Source: Nitrosopumilus sp. (GTDB lineage Archaea > Thermoproteota > Nitrososphaeria > Nitrososphaerales > Nitrosopumilaceae). Taken from it: a DNA stretch of 64,000 nucleotides. Numbering within the stretch: position 1 is the first letter of the stretch; every line of letters begins with the position of its first letter. The stretch lies in NCBI GenBank assembly GCA_963667665.2, contig OY763927.2, forward strand, positions 1,568,001 through 1,632,000, written 5' to 3'. Positions 41,037-49,887 of the stretch are shown piece after piece. The notes under the pieces are model-generated. The model did no database searches. It saw nothing but the letters and a program-made list of their open reading frames with translations, and was not told where the DNA came from. The translations under genes were made by a program, and so were the position numbers.

Positions 41037-42340
41037 TGAATCTCAAACTCTTGTTATCATTATCAGTTATTATACTAGCACCATTTATTTTTGATAACTC
41101 ATATGCTCAAATAACATCTGGAGGATTTGGGCAATCTCCGTTTGAAAGAGACTTTGGGGATGTCAAATTTTTAGATGCATACTTTGGTACGTTAAATCAA
41201 AAAATCGAAATAGAAGCAGGAGACGGTAATGTTCCATTTACAGTTGTATTTGCAAATGTAGGAACACAAGATATCACAGGAATTAGAGGTCAACTATCAT
41301 TACCATTTGGTTTCTCTGCATCTGATGGTCCAGGTACAATAATTCATGCTGACAGCGATTCAAATTCGTTAGCAGGGGAAAATTTTCATCTGACTTTTTT
41401 TGTAAGTCTTGATAAAAATGTACAAATTCAACAGTATCCTGGAACTGTAAAGGTTGATTATTCTAGATTAAGAGAATCTGGAGTTAGAACAGCTTTTTCT
41501 GACTTTGATTTCAAAGTGACAGGTGATAGTGTGATAAATGTACGAGCATTAGAGCCATTTCTTACATCTTTAAAATCAAATAATGTAGTAATTGAAATTG
41601 CAAATGATGGAACTGCTCCCATTTCTGGTGTAGATATTGTTGCAAGTAACACACAGACAGAACGTGTATCAACTGCATCATCAACTACTAATATTGAAAA
41701 TGTTGTTATTTTAGAATCAAGTTGGGATATTGGAAACATTGATCCAAAGTCAGCGAGATATCTTACTGCAACAGTATATGTTCCTCAAGGACTAAAAGGT
41801 GATACTTTACGAATTCCTTTAACCATTTCATACTATAATGCACATGGTGATCTACATGAAATTGCAAAGATTGTTGATTTTTACATTAAAGGATTGATTG
41901 ATCTTCGTGTTTTCAATGTAGATGTAATTGAATTATCTGGAACACAAATGGTAATTGGAGAAATCATTAATGAAGGAAACGATGATGGATTATTTGGTTT
42001 TGTAACTATTGATCCTCGTGGAGATTCTAATATTAAATCAAACACTCAATTTATTGATGAAATTGAAACTGATGCACCTGTGCCATTTAATTTACCAATA
42101 GAATTTGATGGTGAAACAAAATATGGAGAACATGACATTACCATTACTGTAAGATACAAAGATAGTGTTAGAGATGAAATATTTCTAACTCACGATGCAA
42201 CAATCTTTGTTAAAGAACCATCAAACGGTAATGAAGACGGTCCTGATACAACAATGATTATTATTCCAATTATTTTGGCTATAGGAGCAGGAATTTACAT
42301 AATGCGTAGGCGTAAAAAAGCAACAATTGAGACAAGTTAG
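41036..42340 (+). CDS. S-layer-domain (COG1361-like) membrane-anchored protein
   Basis: Signal peptide, Ig-like repeats (ANVGT, ANDGT, INEGN), C-terminal TM plus RRRKK. Confidence 0.8.
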   Translation: MNLKLLLSLSVIILAPFIFDNSYAQITSGGFGQSPFERDFGDVKFLDAYFGTLNQKIEIEAGDGNVPFTVVFANVGTQDITGIRGQLSLPFGFSASDGPGTIIHADSDSNSLAGENFHLTFFVSLDKNVQIQQYPGTVKVDYSRLRESGVRTAFSDFDFKVTGDSVINVRALEPFLTSLKSNNVVIEIANDGTAPISGVDIVASNTQTERVSTASSTTNIENVVILESSWDIGNIDPKSARYLTATVYVPQGLKGDTLRIPLTISYYNAHGDLHEIAKIVDFYIKGLIDLRVFNVDVIELSGTQMVIGEIINEGNDDGLFGFVTIDPRGDSNIKSNTQFIDEIETDAPVPFNLPIEFDGETKYGEHDITITVRYKDSVRDEIFLTHDATIFVKEPSNGNEDGPDTTMIIIPIILAIGAGIYIMRRRKKATIETS

Positions 42341-42384
42341 AATTAAATTTTAACTCTATTATGAGAAAATAAGGTCAATTAAAA

Positions 42385-42717
42385 ATGAGATTAAGTATTA
42401 TTGTTTTAATTTTGGTTTTAGCTGTTGGAAGTGTTGTCATTCTTTTAGGCTTTCTTACAAACCAAGAATATGTAGAGGTACCTGAAATCTCTAATCAATA
42501 TGAAAATTTAGAGAAATACAAGAATGAATTAGAAAAAATAAATCAATTCAATCAACAAATCTTAAAAGATTTGGAAGAACAGATCAAAAACTCTACTAAT
42601 ATTTATCTAGATCCAATAAATGAAGAAATCATAATAATAAAACAAGTTGTTAATGAAAACAAAGAAGAACTTGAACGGGTAATTGAAAAATTGTCCCAAA
42701 TGGAATCTAAACCCTAA
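42385..42717 (+). CDS. Membrane-anchored coiled-coil protein
   Basis: N-terminal TM segment, heptad-rich body. Confidence 0.7.
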   Translation: MRLSIIVLILVLAVGSVVILLGFLTNQEYVEVPEISNQYENLEKYKNELEKINQFNQQILKDLEEQIKNSTNIYLDPINEEIIIIKQVVNENKEELERVIEKLSQMESKP

Positions 42718-42936
42718 CCTAATGCTGATTTCCAGTTCTGGGAAATTTACATCATAATTATATCATATCTAATGGAGGTAATATTGGGTATGGCTAAGGG
42801 TGTATTTCTCTTTCTAGTAGGAAGTATTGTAGGATTTATTACAACACCACTTCTTTGAACATTTTTCTAAATTAGTACTAGTCATGTTATATTTTCTAGA
42901 CCGTAAGATTATAAGCAATTACTAGATCTTGCGATC

Positions 42937-43311
42937 ATGTCAGGGAATGAGATTGAAGTCCCAAAGGAATTACGAGAATTCATGCTAGAGAAAGCAGAAG
43001 AAACTTTCCTTGGACAAAAAAATGGAGCAAACAAACAATATCGTTATGGTAATTTACACATTAGAGAATATGATGATAAATTTCTAGTTCATACAGACAA
43101 AATTGATCCTAGAGAAAATCCAATTGGACATCTAATTCATGATGCACCTGAAGTTCTCGTTGGTCTTGCATGTGCTGCACTTGGTGGTGCAAAGGTTAGC
43201 TCAATTCTAAAGAAAAAAAAATCTTCAGTTGCAGGAATAATGAGTTCTTTAGTTTTAGGTTATGCAGGATATCTAATTACAAAAAAACTCAAAGACTCAA
43301 AGGTGAAATAA
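42937..43311 (+). CDS. Hypothetical membrane-associated protein
   Basis: QYRYGNLHIREY, HTDKIDP..NPIGHL.HDAPE, hydrophobic C-terminus. Confidence 0.75.
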   Translation: MSGNEIEVPKELREFMLEKAEETFLGQKNGANKQYRYGNLHIREYDDKFLVHTDKIDPRENPIGHLIHDAPEVLVGLACAALGGAKVSSILKKKKSSVAGIMSSLVLGYAGYLITKKLKDSKVK

Positions 43312-43312
43312 T

Positions 43313-44854
43313 ATCTTAACTATTCATACAATCCATGTTATCATCAAGCTTTTACCATCTCTGGTTGCTCTAAGAAAACACAGAAAAGAGTGGGTACAAA
43401 AAGAAGGAAAAAATATTAACCAAGAAAAATTCCGCAAAAATGCAAGACGTGTTTTAAAAATCTGCATTGAGCTAGGACCAGTTTACATAAAGCTAGGACA
43501 ATGGCTTTCATCTCGAGCAGATATTTTACCACAACCATACATGGAAGAGCTTGCAAAGCTACAAGATGATGTTCCAGCAGTACCATTTGATAAAGTCAAA
43601 CCAACTATAGAAAAAGACATTGGAGATATCAATGAAAAATTTGATGAATTTGAAACAAAAGAGCTATCAGGAGCTTCACTAGGTATAGTATATCGAGGAA
43701 AAATAAATGGACAACAAGTAGTAGTCAAGGTCAAGCGTCCAGGAATTGCAAAGATGGTCAATGATGAAATACAAGTTCTAAAAAATATTCTACCAATTGG
43801 AATGCGTTTTGTTGATCCCAATCTACGATTCTCAGTTGATGCAATGCTTGCACAATTTATTGAAACCATTCATGAAGAAATGGATTACATTAAAGAGTCT
43901 CAAAATCTAAAAACAATTTCAAAAAATGTTAAAGAATACAAAAATGTCATTGTACCCAAAGTGTATGATGAGTATACCACAAAAGATGTCATTACTATGG
44001 AGTATATTCCAGGTATCAAAATTACAGATATTGAAGCACTTGACAAACTAGGACTAGATAGACAAAAACTAGTCATAGATGTACATAAGGTTTTTTTTAC
44101 AATGCTACTCAGGCACGCAATATTTCATGCAGACCCACATCCAGGTAACATATCAGTTGGTAATGAAGGTCAGATAATCCTGTATGACTATGGAATGGTT
44201 GGTAGAATAGATAATGAAACAAGATTGCGATTAATCCGATTGTACTTGGCACTAGTTGAAAAAGATCCATCAAGAACAGTGACTGCAATGAGTGATCTAG
44301 GAATGCTAATGCCAGACTATAACAAAACAGTAATTGAGAAAGCCGTACAGATGACAGTGCAAGCAATGCATGGTAGAAAACCAGAAGAGATGGAAGTAAA
44401 AATGTTAATGGAGCTTGCAAACAAAACAATGAGCAAATTTCCATTTATGTTGCCCAAAAATCTTGCACTATACATGAGAATGTCTTCAATCATAGAGGGA
44501 ATCTATCATACACACAAAGTCAACTTCAAGTTTGTTAAAGTTCTAAAACAAATTCTAGAAGAAGAACACCTAATCAAAGATGCATACATTGAAGAGATAA
44601 AACATTCTTTTACAAAGTTTGCAAAATCAATTGAAGATACCATTACAATAGCTCCCGAAATAAAGCGATTCATGGATGAGAATAGAATGTATATGCAAAG
44701 TACAAAATCTAATGTTCTCTTATCAGGTAGTATTTTATCATCTGCAATCTTCATTGGTGGTGCACTAATTTATTCATCAAACGAAACAGCTGGTATAGCT
44801 GGAATGATTGGAGCTCTAGCTGTAATAGCAATATTTGCAAAATTTAGAAAATAA
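43313..44854 (+). CDS. AarF/ABC1/UbiB-family kinase (start uncertain, upstream of ATG 43541)
   Basis: ELGPVYIKLGQWLSSRADILP lies in frame upstream of 43541; ASLG, VKVKRP, HADPHPGN, DYGM. Confidence 0.9.
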   Translation: MLTIHTIHVIIKLLPSLVALRKHRKEWVQKEGKNINQEKFRKNARRVLKICIELGPVYIKLGQWLSSRADILPQPYMEELAKLQDDVPAVPFDKVKPTIEKDIGDINEKFDEFETKELSGASLGIVYRGKINGQQVVVKVKRPGIAKMVNDEIQVLKNILPIGMRFVDPNLRFSVDAMLAQFIETIHEEMDYIKESQNLKTISKNVKEYKNVIVPKVYDEYTTKDVITMEYIPGIKITDIEALDKLGLDRQKLVIDVHKVFFTMLLRHAIFHADPHPGNISVGNEGQIILYDYGMVGRIDNETRLRLIRLYLALVEKDPSRTVTAMSDLGMLMPDYNKTVIEKAVQMTVQAMHGRKPEEMEVKMLMELANKTMSKFPFMLPKNLALYMRMSSIIEGIYHTHKVNFKFVKVLKQILEEEHLIKDAYIEEIKHSFTKFAKSIEDTITIAPEIKRFMDENRMYMQSTKSNVLLSGSILSSAIFIGGALIYSSNETAGIAGMIGALAVIAIFAKFRK

Positions 44855-44856
44855 AA

Positions 44857-45231
44857 TTATTGAATAGGAATACTTTTTTCAGTATTCTCAATTGGAATTG
44901 TAATTGTTAGAACACCTTCAGCATATTTCGCAGAATTAACTTGCTCTTCACCTTCTTTGATTCTCATTGGAAGTTTAATTTTTTTATCAATAATGTCTGG
45001 TCGTTGTTTCCAAATTATAGTGCCAGTAATCGCTTCATCTTTTTTTGCATTAATTGAAAGAACATTTCCATGAATCGATAGTTTAATTTCTTTTTTTGAA
45101 AATCCTGGAATATCAATTTTAATAATTAGATTATCATTTACTTCAATCATGTCAACTGGTGGCAATACAAACTCGTAGAATTCTCTTGATTTACTTCCAA
45201 TCTCTTTGATTACTTCTCTAACAAGTCCCAT
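44857..45231 (-). CDS. Small heat-shock protein (Hsp20 family)
   Basis: PPVDM, DIPG, AKYAEGVLTITIP. Confidence 0.92.
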   Translation of the reverse strand: MGLVREVIKEIGSKSREFYEFVLPPVDMIEVNDNLIIKIDIPGFSKKEIKLSIHGNVLSINAKKDEAITGTIIWKQRPDIIDKKIKLPMRIKEGEEQVNSAKYAEGVLTITIPIENTEKSIPIQ

Positions 45232-45405
45232 TTTGTGTTACATTCTCAATTTTTGGTTATAAACCTTGGTGGGATTTGGGTACTTATAGTATATCATCCA
45301 TTTTAAATAATTTAGTCCAGAAATGAAGCGACTCAAAATAATTACACTAAACGAATTTCGTAGTAACCCTTTGCCTTTTAACCATGTTTTCAAACTGTTA
45401 CATAA

Positions 45406-45729
45406 ATGCAAGGGGAAAGCATCCAATTCCAAAAGCCTAGAAGTACCATTTCAAGAAAACAGTTTCTGGAAAGAGTAATTGATTGGCATGAGGAGGGTAA
45501 TCATGTGATACAAATTCTAACATCATATGATCAAGATTATAGAAAAAAAATTTGTAGTGCATGCACAGAAGAGCAGCAACAAAAACGAAACTGTCTAGAA
45601 TTGGACATGTTTACAGACGAGGGAATTCAGCTAAAACATTGTAATCATATGGATAAAGCACGTGTCAGAAAACATAAACAGCTAATTAGAAATCATATGC
45701 AGTTACATCCTGCGCTTCAAATTATCTAG
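45406..45729 (+). CDS. Hypothetical Cys/His metal-binding protein
   Basis: CSAC-x9-C-x15-CNH; TATA-like TTTTAA about 25 nt upstream. Confidence 0.6.
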   Translation: MQGESIQFQKPRSTISRKQFLERVIDWHEEGNHVIQILTSYDQDYRKKICSACTEEQQQKRNCLELDMFTDEGIQLKHCNHMDKARVRKHKQLIRNHMQLHPALQII

Positions 45730-46719
45730 CTCATCTGAAAGAGCTTTTCTTTTTGGTACATATTCTGAAAAGAATGTCTCTTTCTTTACATGTTCTTTGA
45801 TTTTTTCTATTTCTCTACTAAGATTATTCATGGATTCAACAACTGCTTCTTCAGGAGAAATTCTCATTTTATTGTAGCATAAAGAATTCCTGTCAAGCAC
45901 ACGTCCAGTAATTTCTTTTGGTTTTTCGTATGGTTTATCATCATTGAATTTTCCAAATCTTCTGTAATTGTGAGATGCAGTATGAACACCATATAGAAAA
46001 GTGTAGGCTAACAATGATTTTTGGGGTGGAGTAGTATGGAAGTGCCCTTTTGTAACCGATGTCATGTTGCACCAAACATCTTTTCCAAAAATTCTCTGAG
46101 ATAGTCTTAGCCAATTAATGTAGTTGGTATCAAATGATGCAAATTTTACATTAAATCTTGGGTATTTTTTCTCAAGAATATAGTCTAGCTTTGCTGTAAA
46201 CAAGCCAGGAGTAACAATTTCTAAATCAATAGTTGGACAAATAATTTGATTGTGTGGATTTTCTAAATTTTCAAGATGAGATGCAAAATCTTCAACTGAC
46301 TGTTCTCTGTTGACCTCAATATCTGACAAAAATAATGTTTTTAGTGTCTTTTGAATTTCTAGAATAGACTGTCTTTCAGCCTCTCTTTTTTTGTAATTTT
46401 TTATAAAATCATAGCCAATATCTAAAATACTGTTTGGATATTTGTCCTTCAAATCAGTATATTTTGAAATGATATTATTTTTTGTCTGCTTTAGTGTAAG
46501 CGGACTTCTTATCTGCACCTGATGGTACAGCTATACAAGATTAGTATCAAAACTAGTCTTCAAATCTTCTGCTTTTTCCAATTCACTTTTTATTACAGCA
46601 ATATTTGGAAATTCAATTTTTTTACCATCAATGGTAACCTCAATTACATTTACGCCCAACATCTGATCTTTAACATCTGTTTTTTCTTTTGCAATATTTT
46701 CTACAAGTAATTCAGTCAA
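45703..46719 (-). pseudogene. Divergent TGT-fold-like protein interrupted by an in-frame TAG at 46531-46533
   Basis: ORFs 46531-46794 and 45703-46518 share a frame (NLV-TAG-LYHQVQIRS); N- and C-terminal segments resemble tRNA-guanine transglycosylases by eye; likely TTG start 46719. Confidence 0.55.
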
Positions 46720-46729
46720 TTTTATGTTT

Positions 46730-46751
46730 TGGGTATATTCCAATATACCCA
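46730..46751. promoter_or_regulatory. Operator-like palindrome TGGGTATATT-CC-AATATACCCA
   Basis: Perfect 10-bp inverted repeat between divergent genes, overlapping a TATA-like element. Confidence 0.65.
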
Positions 46752-46817
46752 CATACACTACATGCAAACATAAATGCTGGTTTTGTTGGCTCATTAGTAT
46801 AATACCATGATCTATTT

Positions 46818-46973
46818 TTGAATGATATTATTTTTGCTTGTCCTGCATGTAAAATGGAAATGGAAAAAGAATTTATAAATACAAAATCAAAGAGAAAAAT
46901 TACATATTTTGTAAATTGGTATTGCAGTACGTGTGAACATAGGGATTTTTCTCAGCACGATGTAAAATTTTAG
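46818..46973 (+). CDS. Zinc-ribbon microprotein (51 aa), not in ORF track
   Basis: TTG start; MNDIIFACPACKMEMEKEFINTKSKRKITYFVNWYCSTCEHRDFSQHDVKF. Confidence 0.65.
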   Translation: MNDIIFACPACKMEMEKEFINTKSKRKITYFVNWYCSTCEHRDFSQHDVKF

Positions 46974-47042
46974 AAATTAACACAAGTCTGCATATTGCAT
47001 TAAACGATCGATACTGTCAATAATGGATAGCATTATGGTATA

Positions 47043-48378
47043 GTGTCGGTGAAAAATTATCAAAGAAAAAAAATTCCGCGATCCAATACATGATTTTATT
47101 ACAGTAGATCAATACGAATTAGAAATTATCAACTCTCCAATGTTTCAGAGAATGCACAACATAAAGCAACTAAGCCTTGGATACTATGTTTACCATGGAA
47201 CAGATCATTCAAGATTTGGACACATGATAGGTGCCATGCATTTGGCAGGAAAAGCATTTGATTCTATGAAAATAAATTCTGAAAAATTTGGATCATTTGA
47301 TCCTGATGATACAGACAGAGCAACTATTCGTATGGCAGCACTACTACATGATGTGGGACATGCACCATTTTCTCACTCCCTTGAGAGTCTACTAGATGAT
47401 GACCATGAAGATTATTCTCAATATCTAATTGATTATTATTTTAAGGACCATATTGAGAGTGCAGGAGTAAAGACAGAAGACGTAAAGAATTTGATTATTG
47501 GCGCATACAAAAAGCCATACTTGAGTAAAATTGTCAGCGGACAACTAGATGTTGACAGACTTGACTATCTTCTTCGTGACTCTTACTATGCAGGAGTAAC
47601 ATACGGTCTGTATGATTTGGGACGGATAATTGATCAATTAGCAATAGTTGATGGAAAATTTGTTGTATTAGAGGGAGGATATGAGGCAGTAGAACAGTTA
47701 ATCTTTGCAAGATATCAAATGTATCAGCAAGTATACTTCCACAAAACAAAAAGAGCGTTTGAGCTGATGCTACAAAAGTGTGGGCAGATTTTAAAAGATA
47801 ACGGACTGTTGGAAATTCCTTCACTCAAAGATCTAAAAACAGCAGAAGGTCAAGAGGAATATTTTAAATGCGATGATAGATGGTTCCAAAATAAAATTTA
47901 TGATGAAAAAAATCCTCCAGAAGTAAAGGTAATTGCAGACATGATAAAAAAGAGAAGACCATTCAATGAGACCTATTCTCCTAGTACATACAGAAAGCCT
48001 GAGGACTCTCCAAGTGCAGGGCCTGATAATTCTGTTAAAGTATTAGAGCCAATACAAAAAGCACTAAAAAAGAAATTGCCAGAGCTTGGAATAGAAGAGC
48101 ATGAATTTCTAACAGATGTAACAGAGAGATCTCCGTATAATTTAGTCCCTGACTATGTGGCAGAGCATGACAATACAAAAGAGAGCAATGCAATTAGAAT
48201 TTTTTACAAGCATAACAAATATTCTGAGCCAATTGAAAAAAGATCTCATGTTGTGTATACTCTGGCGGCAAATCCTCCGCATATGATGCGTGGCTTTGTA
48301 ATTCCTGAGAAATATAATAAAGTCAAAGAATATCTCAAGGATACCTTTGATTATATTATTCCAGAAAGGGAAATCTAG
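47043..48378 (+). CDS. HD-domain phosphohydrolase, SAMHD1/YwfO-like dNTPase family (5' end frameshifted in A8, or non-canonical start)
   Basis: FRDPIHDFI (upstream of ATG 47140), FQRMHNIKQL, HSRFGH, LLHDVGHAPFSH, DVDRLDYLLRD, VYFHKT. Confidence 0.88.
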
Positions 48379-48452
48379 TCATGAATAATATTATAACTAT
48401 GTTCCTATTACTTGAAAATACGTATACAAATGTTCGAGAGATGTGATTAGAT

Positions 48453-49025
48453 ATGGCAATTGATAATTTAACAAAAGAAGACATTGTACTGTCTTTAATC
48501 AAAAAAGCCACAGACTATCAAGGAACAGACAGTAGTGGAATTAATGGCAAAAAGGCATTGCAAAAAAGCCTGTATCTTTTCAATCAGAAATTTAGCATGT
48601 TTAGTTATAGGTGGGGAGACTATGGCCCTCTTTGTGGTGAAATTCAGCATATTGCTGAAGATCTAATCATAAAAGGACACGTGGTAATTACTAATGTTCC
48701 AACAAAAAAGCAAGAGGCTGTAATTCAAAATTTACAATTCTCAGCACCTGCTTTTGACGTTGAAATCCCTGAAAGTGTAAATCATGAATTAGACGAGATT
48801 GTATCCTTTGTTGCAGGCAGATCTCCACGAGATCTGGAATTACTGGCATCTGTTCATTTCTGGGCAGTACGTCAGCAGGAATTGATGGATGAATACTCTG
48901 CAGAATATGTTCTAGAAAAACTAACAGAGCTAAAGCCTGATGCACATTTTACCAAAAAGGACGTTGAATATGCAATTGAAGTTTTAGAAACACACGAATA
49001 TCTTATTTCTGAAGAAAGCGACTAA
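48453..49025 (+). CDS. YwgA/SocA(DUF4065)-like winged-helix protein
   Basis: GKKALQKSLYL, Y.W..YGP, LELLASVHF. Confidence 0.7.
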   Translation: MAIDNLTKEDIVLSLIKKATDYQGTDSSGINGKKALQKSLYLFNQKFSMFSYRWGDYGPLCGEIQHIAEDLIIKGHVVITNVPTKKQEAVIQNLQFSAPAFDVEIPESVNHELDEIVSFVAGRSPRDLELLASVHFWAVRQQELMDEYSAEYVLEKLTELKPDAHFTKKDVEYAIEVLETHEYLISEESD

Positions 49026-49084
49026 TTATTTTTTATATTATTAAATGCGCAAATTCTATTATCTATCTCTTTCATTTACACATA

Positions 49085-49258
49085 TTGGGTGGATTAGGAA
49101 AATGTCCTTGTTGCAAGGAATGGATAAATCTTACAGAGTATCATGACAAGGAATTAAACGTCAAGGTAATGGTTTGCAGAGCATGTCATGACATTATAGA
49201 GGAATACATCAAAGTTCAAGCAATATGTGGCAAAAAAACAAAAAGAAAACGATCATGA
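49085..49258 (+). CDS. Zinc-binding microprotein (57 aa), not in ORF track
   Basis: TTG start; MGGLGKCPCCKEWINLTEYHDKELNVKVMVCRACHDIIEEYIKVQAICGKKTKRKRS. Confidence 0.65.
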   Translation: MGGLGKCPCCKEWINLTEYHDKELNVKVMVCRACHDIIEEYIKVQAICGKKTKRKRS

Positions 49259-49326
49259 AAAGATCTACAGCATGAGTAAAAAAATAAAATTAGTATTGCA
49301 TCTGTAGATCTGCAAAAAATTTTGTA

Positions 49327-49737
49327 TTGACGAGTTTTACTGATGTAATCGATGACATATTTGACAATACCAATTCAGATGAGGATTTTATTTACGAGGT
49401 ATGGTACATAACGTCTCAGCTTACAACTTATTCTACTGACATTGGAGAATTCCCTAGATATGCATTAGAAACTCTGAGTCGTGGTGGTGGAGATTGTGAG
49501 GATACTGCCATACTGATTGCAGACATGCTACGATCATCTACACATACAAAAAATTGGACTATACAATTAGTCTATTTTGATTCAGATAGTCCTAGTTTGG
49601 CCTTGGATGTTAACCATGTTGCAGTTTTAGTAGATACTGGAAAGTATAGCTATATTGTAGAGTCTACAGCAAAAGATGATGTTACCATGAATATGTGGAA
49701 CAATGCAAATATTTCCGGCTGGTTCTACGATGTCTAA
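49327..49737 (+). CDS. Transglutaminase-like cysteine protease domain, probably a 5'-truncated fragment
   Basis: ETL..GGGDCED, NHVAV, VEST triad; no signal or N-terminal domain. Confidence 0.65.
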   Translation: MTSFTDVIDDIFDNTNSDEDFIYEVWYITSQLTTYSTDIGEFPRYALETLSRGGGDCEDTAILIADMLRSSTHTKNWTIQLVYFDSDSPSLALDVNHVAVLVDTGKYSYIVESTAKDDVTMNMWNNANISGWFYDV

Positions 49738-49887
49738 TTTCTCTGCAAAAAATTTCAAGAAATATACTAATTTGTTGAAAAATTAGGGCATTTTTTTGTG
49801 TTATATTTACACCAGTGTTCTATACCTTGATAGATTTCTGGGTAAAATTTGATGATAGACAATTTTTTTATTAAAATAAAAAAGAAT

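Noticed and set aside
42772-42858. 28-aa hydrophobic ORF MEVILGMAKGVFLFLVGSIVGFITTPLL
   Set aside because: No clear promoter or coupling; the opposite strand also has short frames, so it cannot be supported
45323-45478. 51-aa ORF MKRLKIITLNEFRS... and the antisense ORF 45238-45432
   Set aside because: Both overlap the better-supported 107-aa ORF and show no motif
46531-46533. Pyrrolysine or genome-wide amber recoding
   Set aside because: TAG terminates many ordinary genes here (e.g. amt, psmB, atpE) and no pyl genes are present in the window
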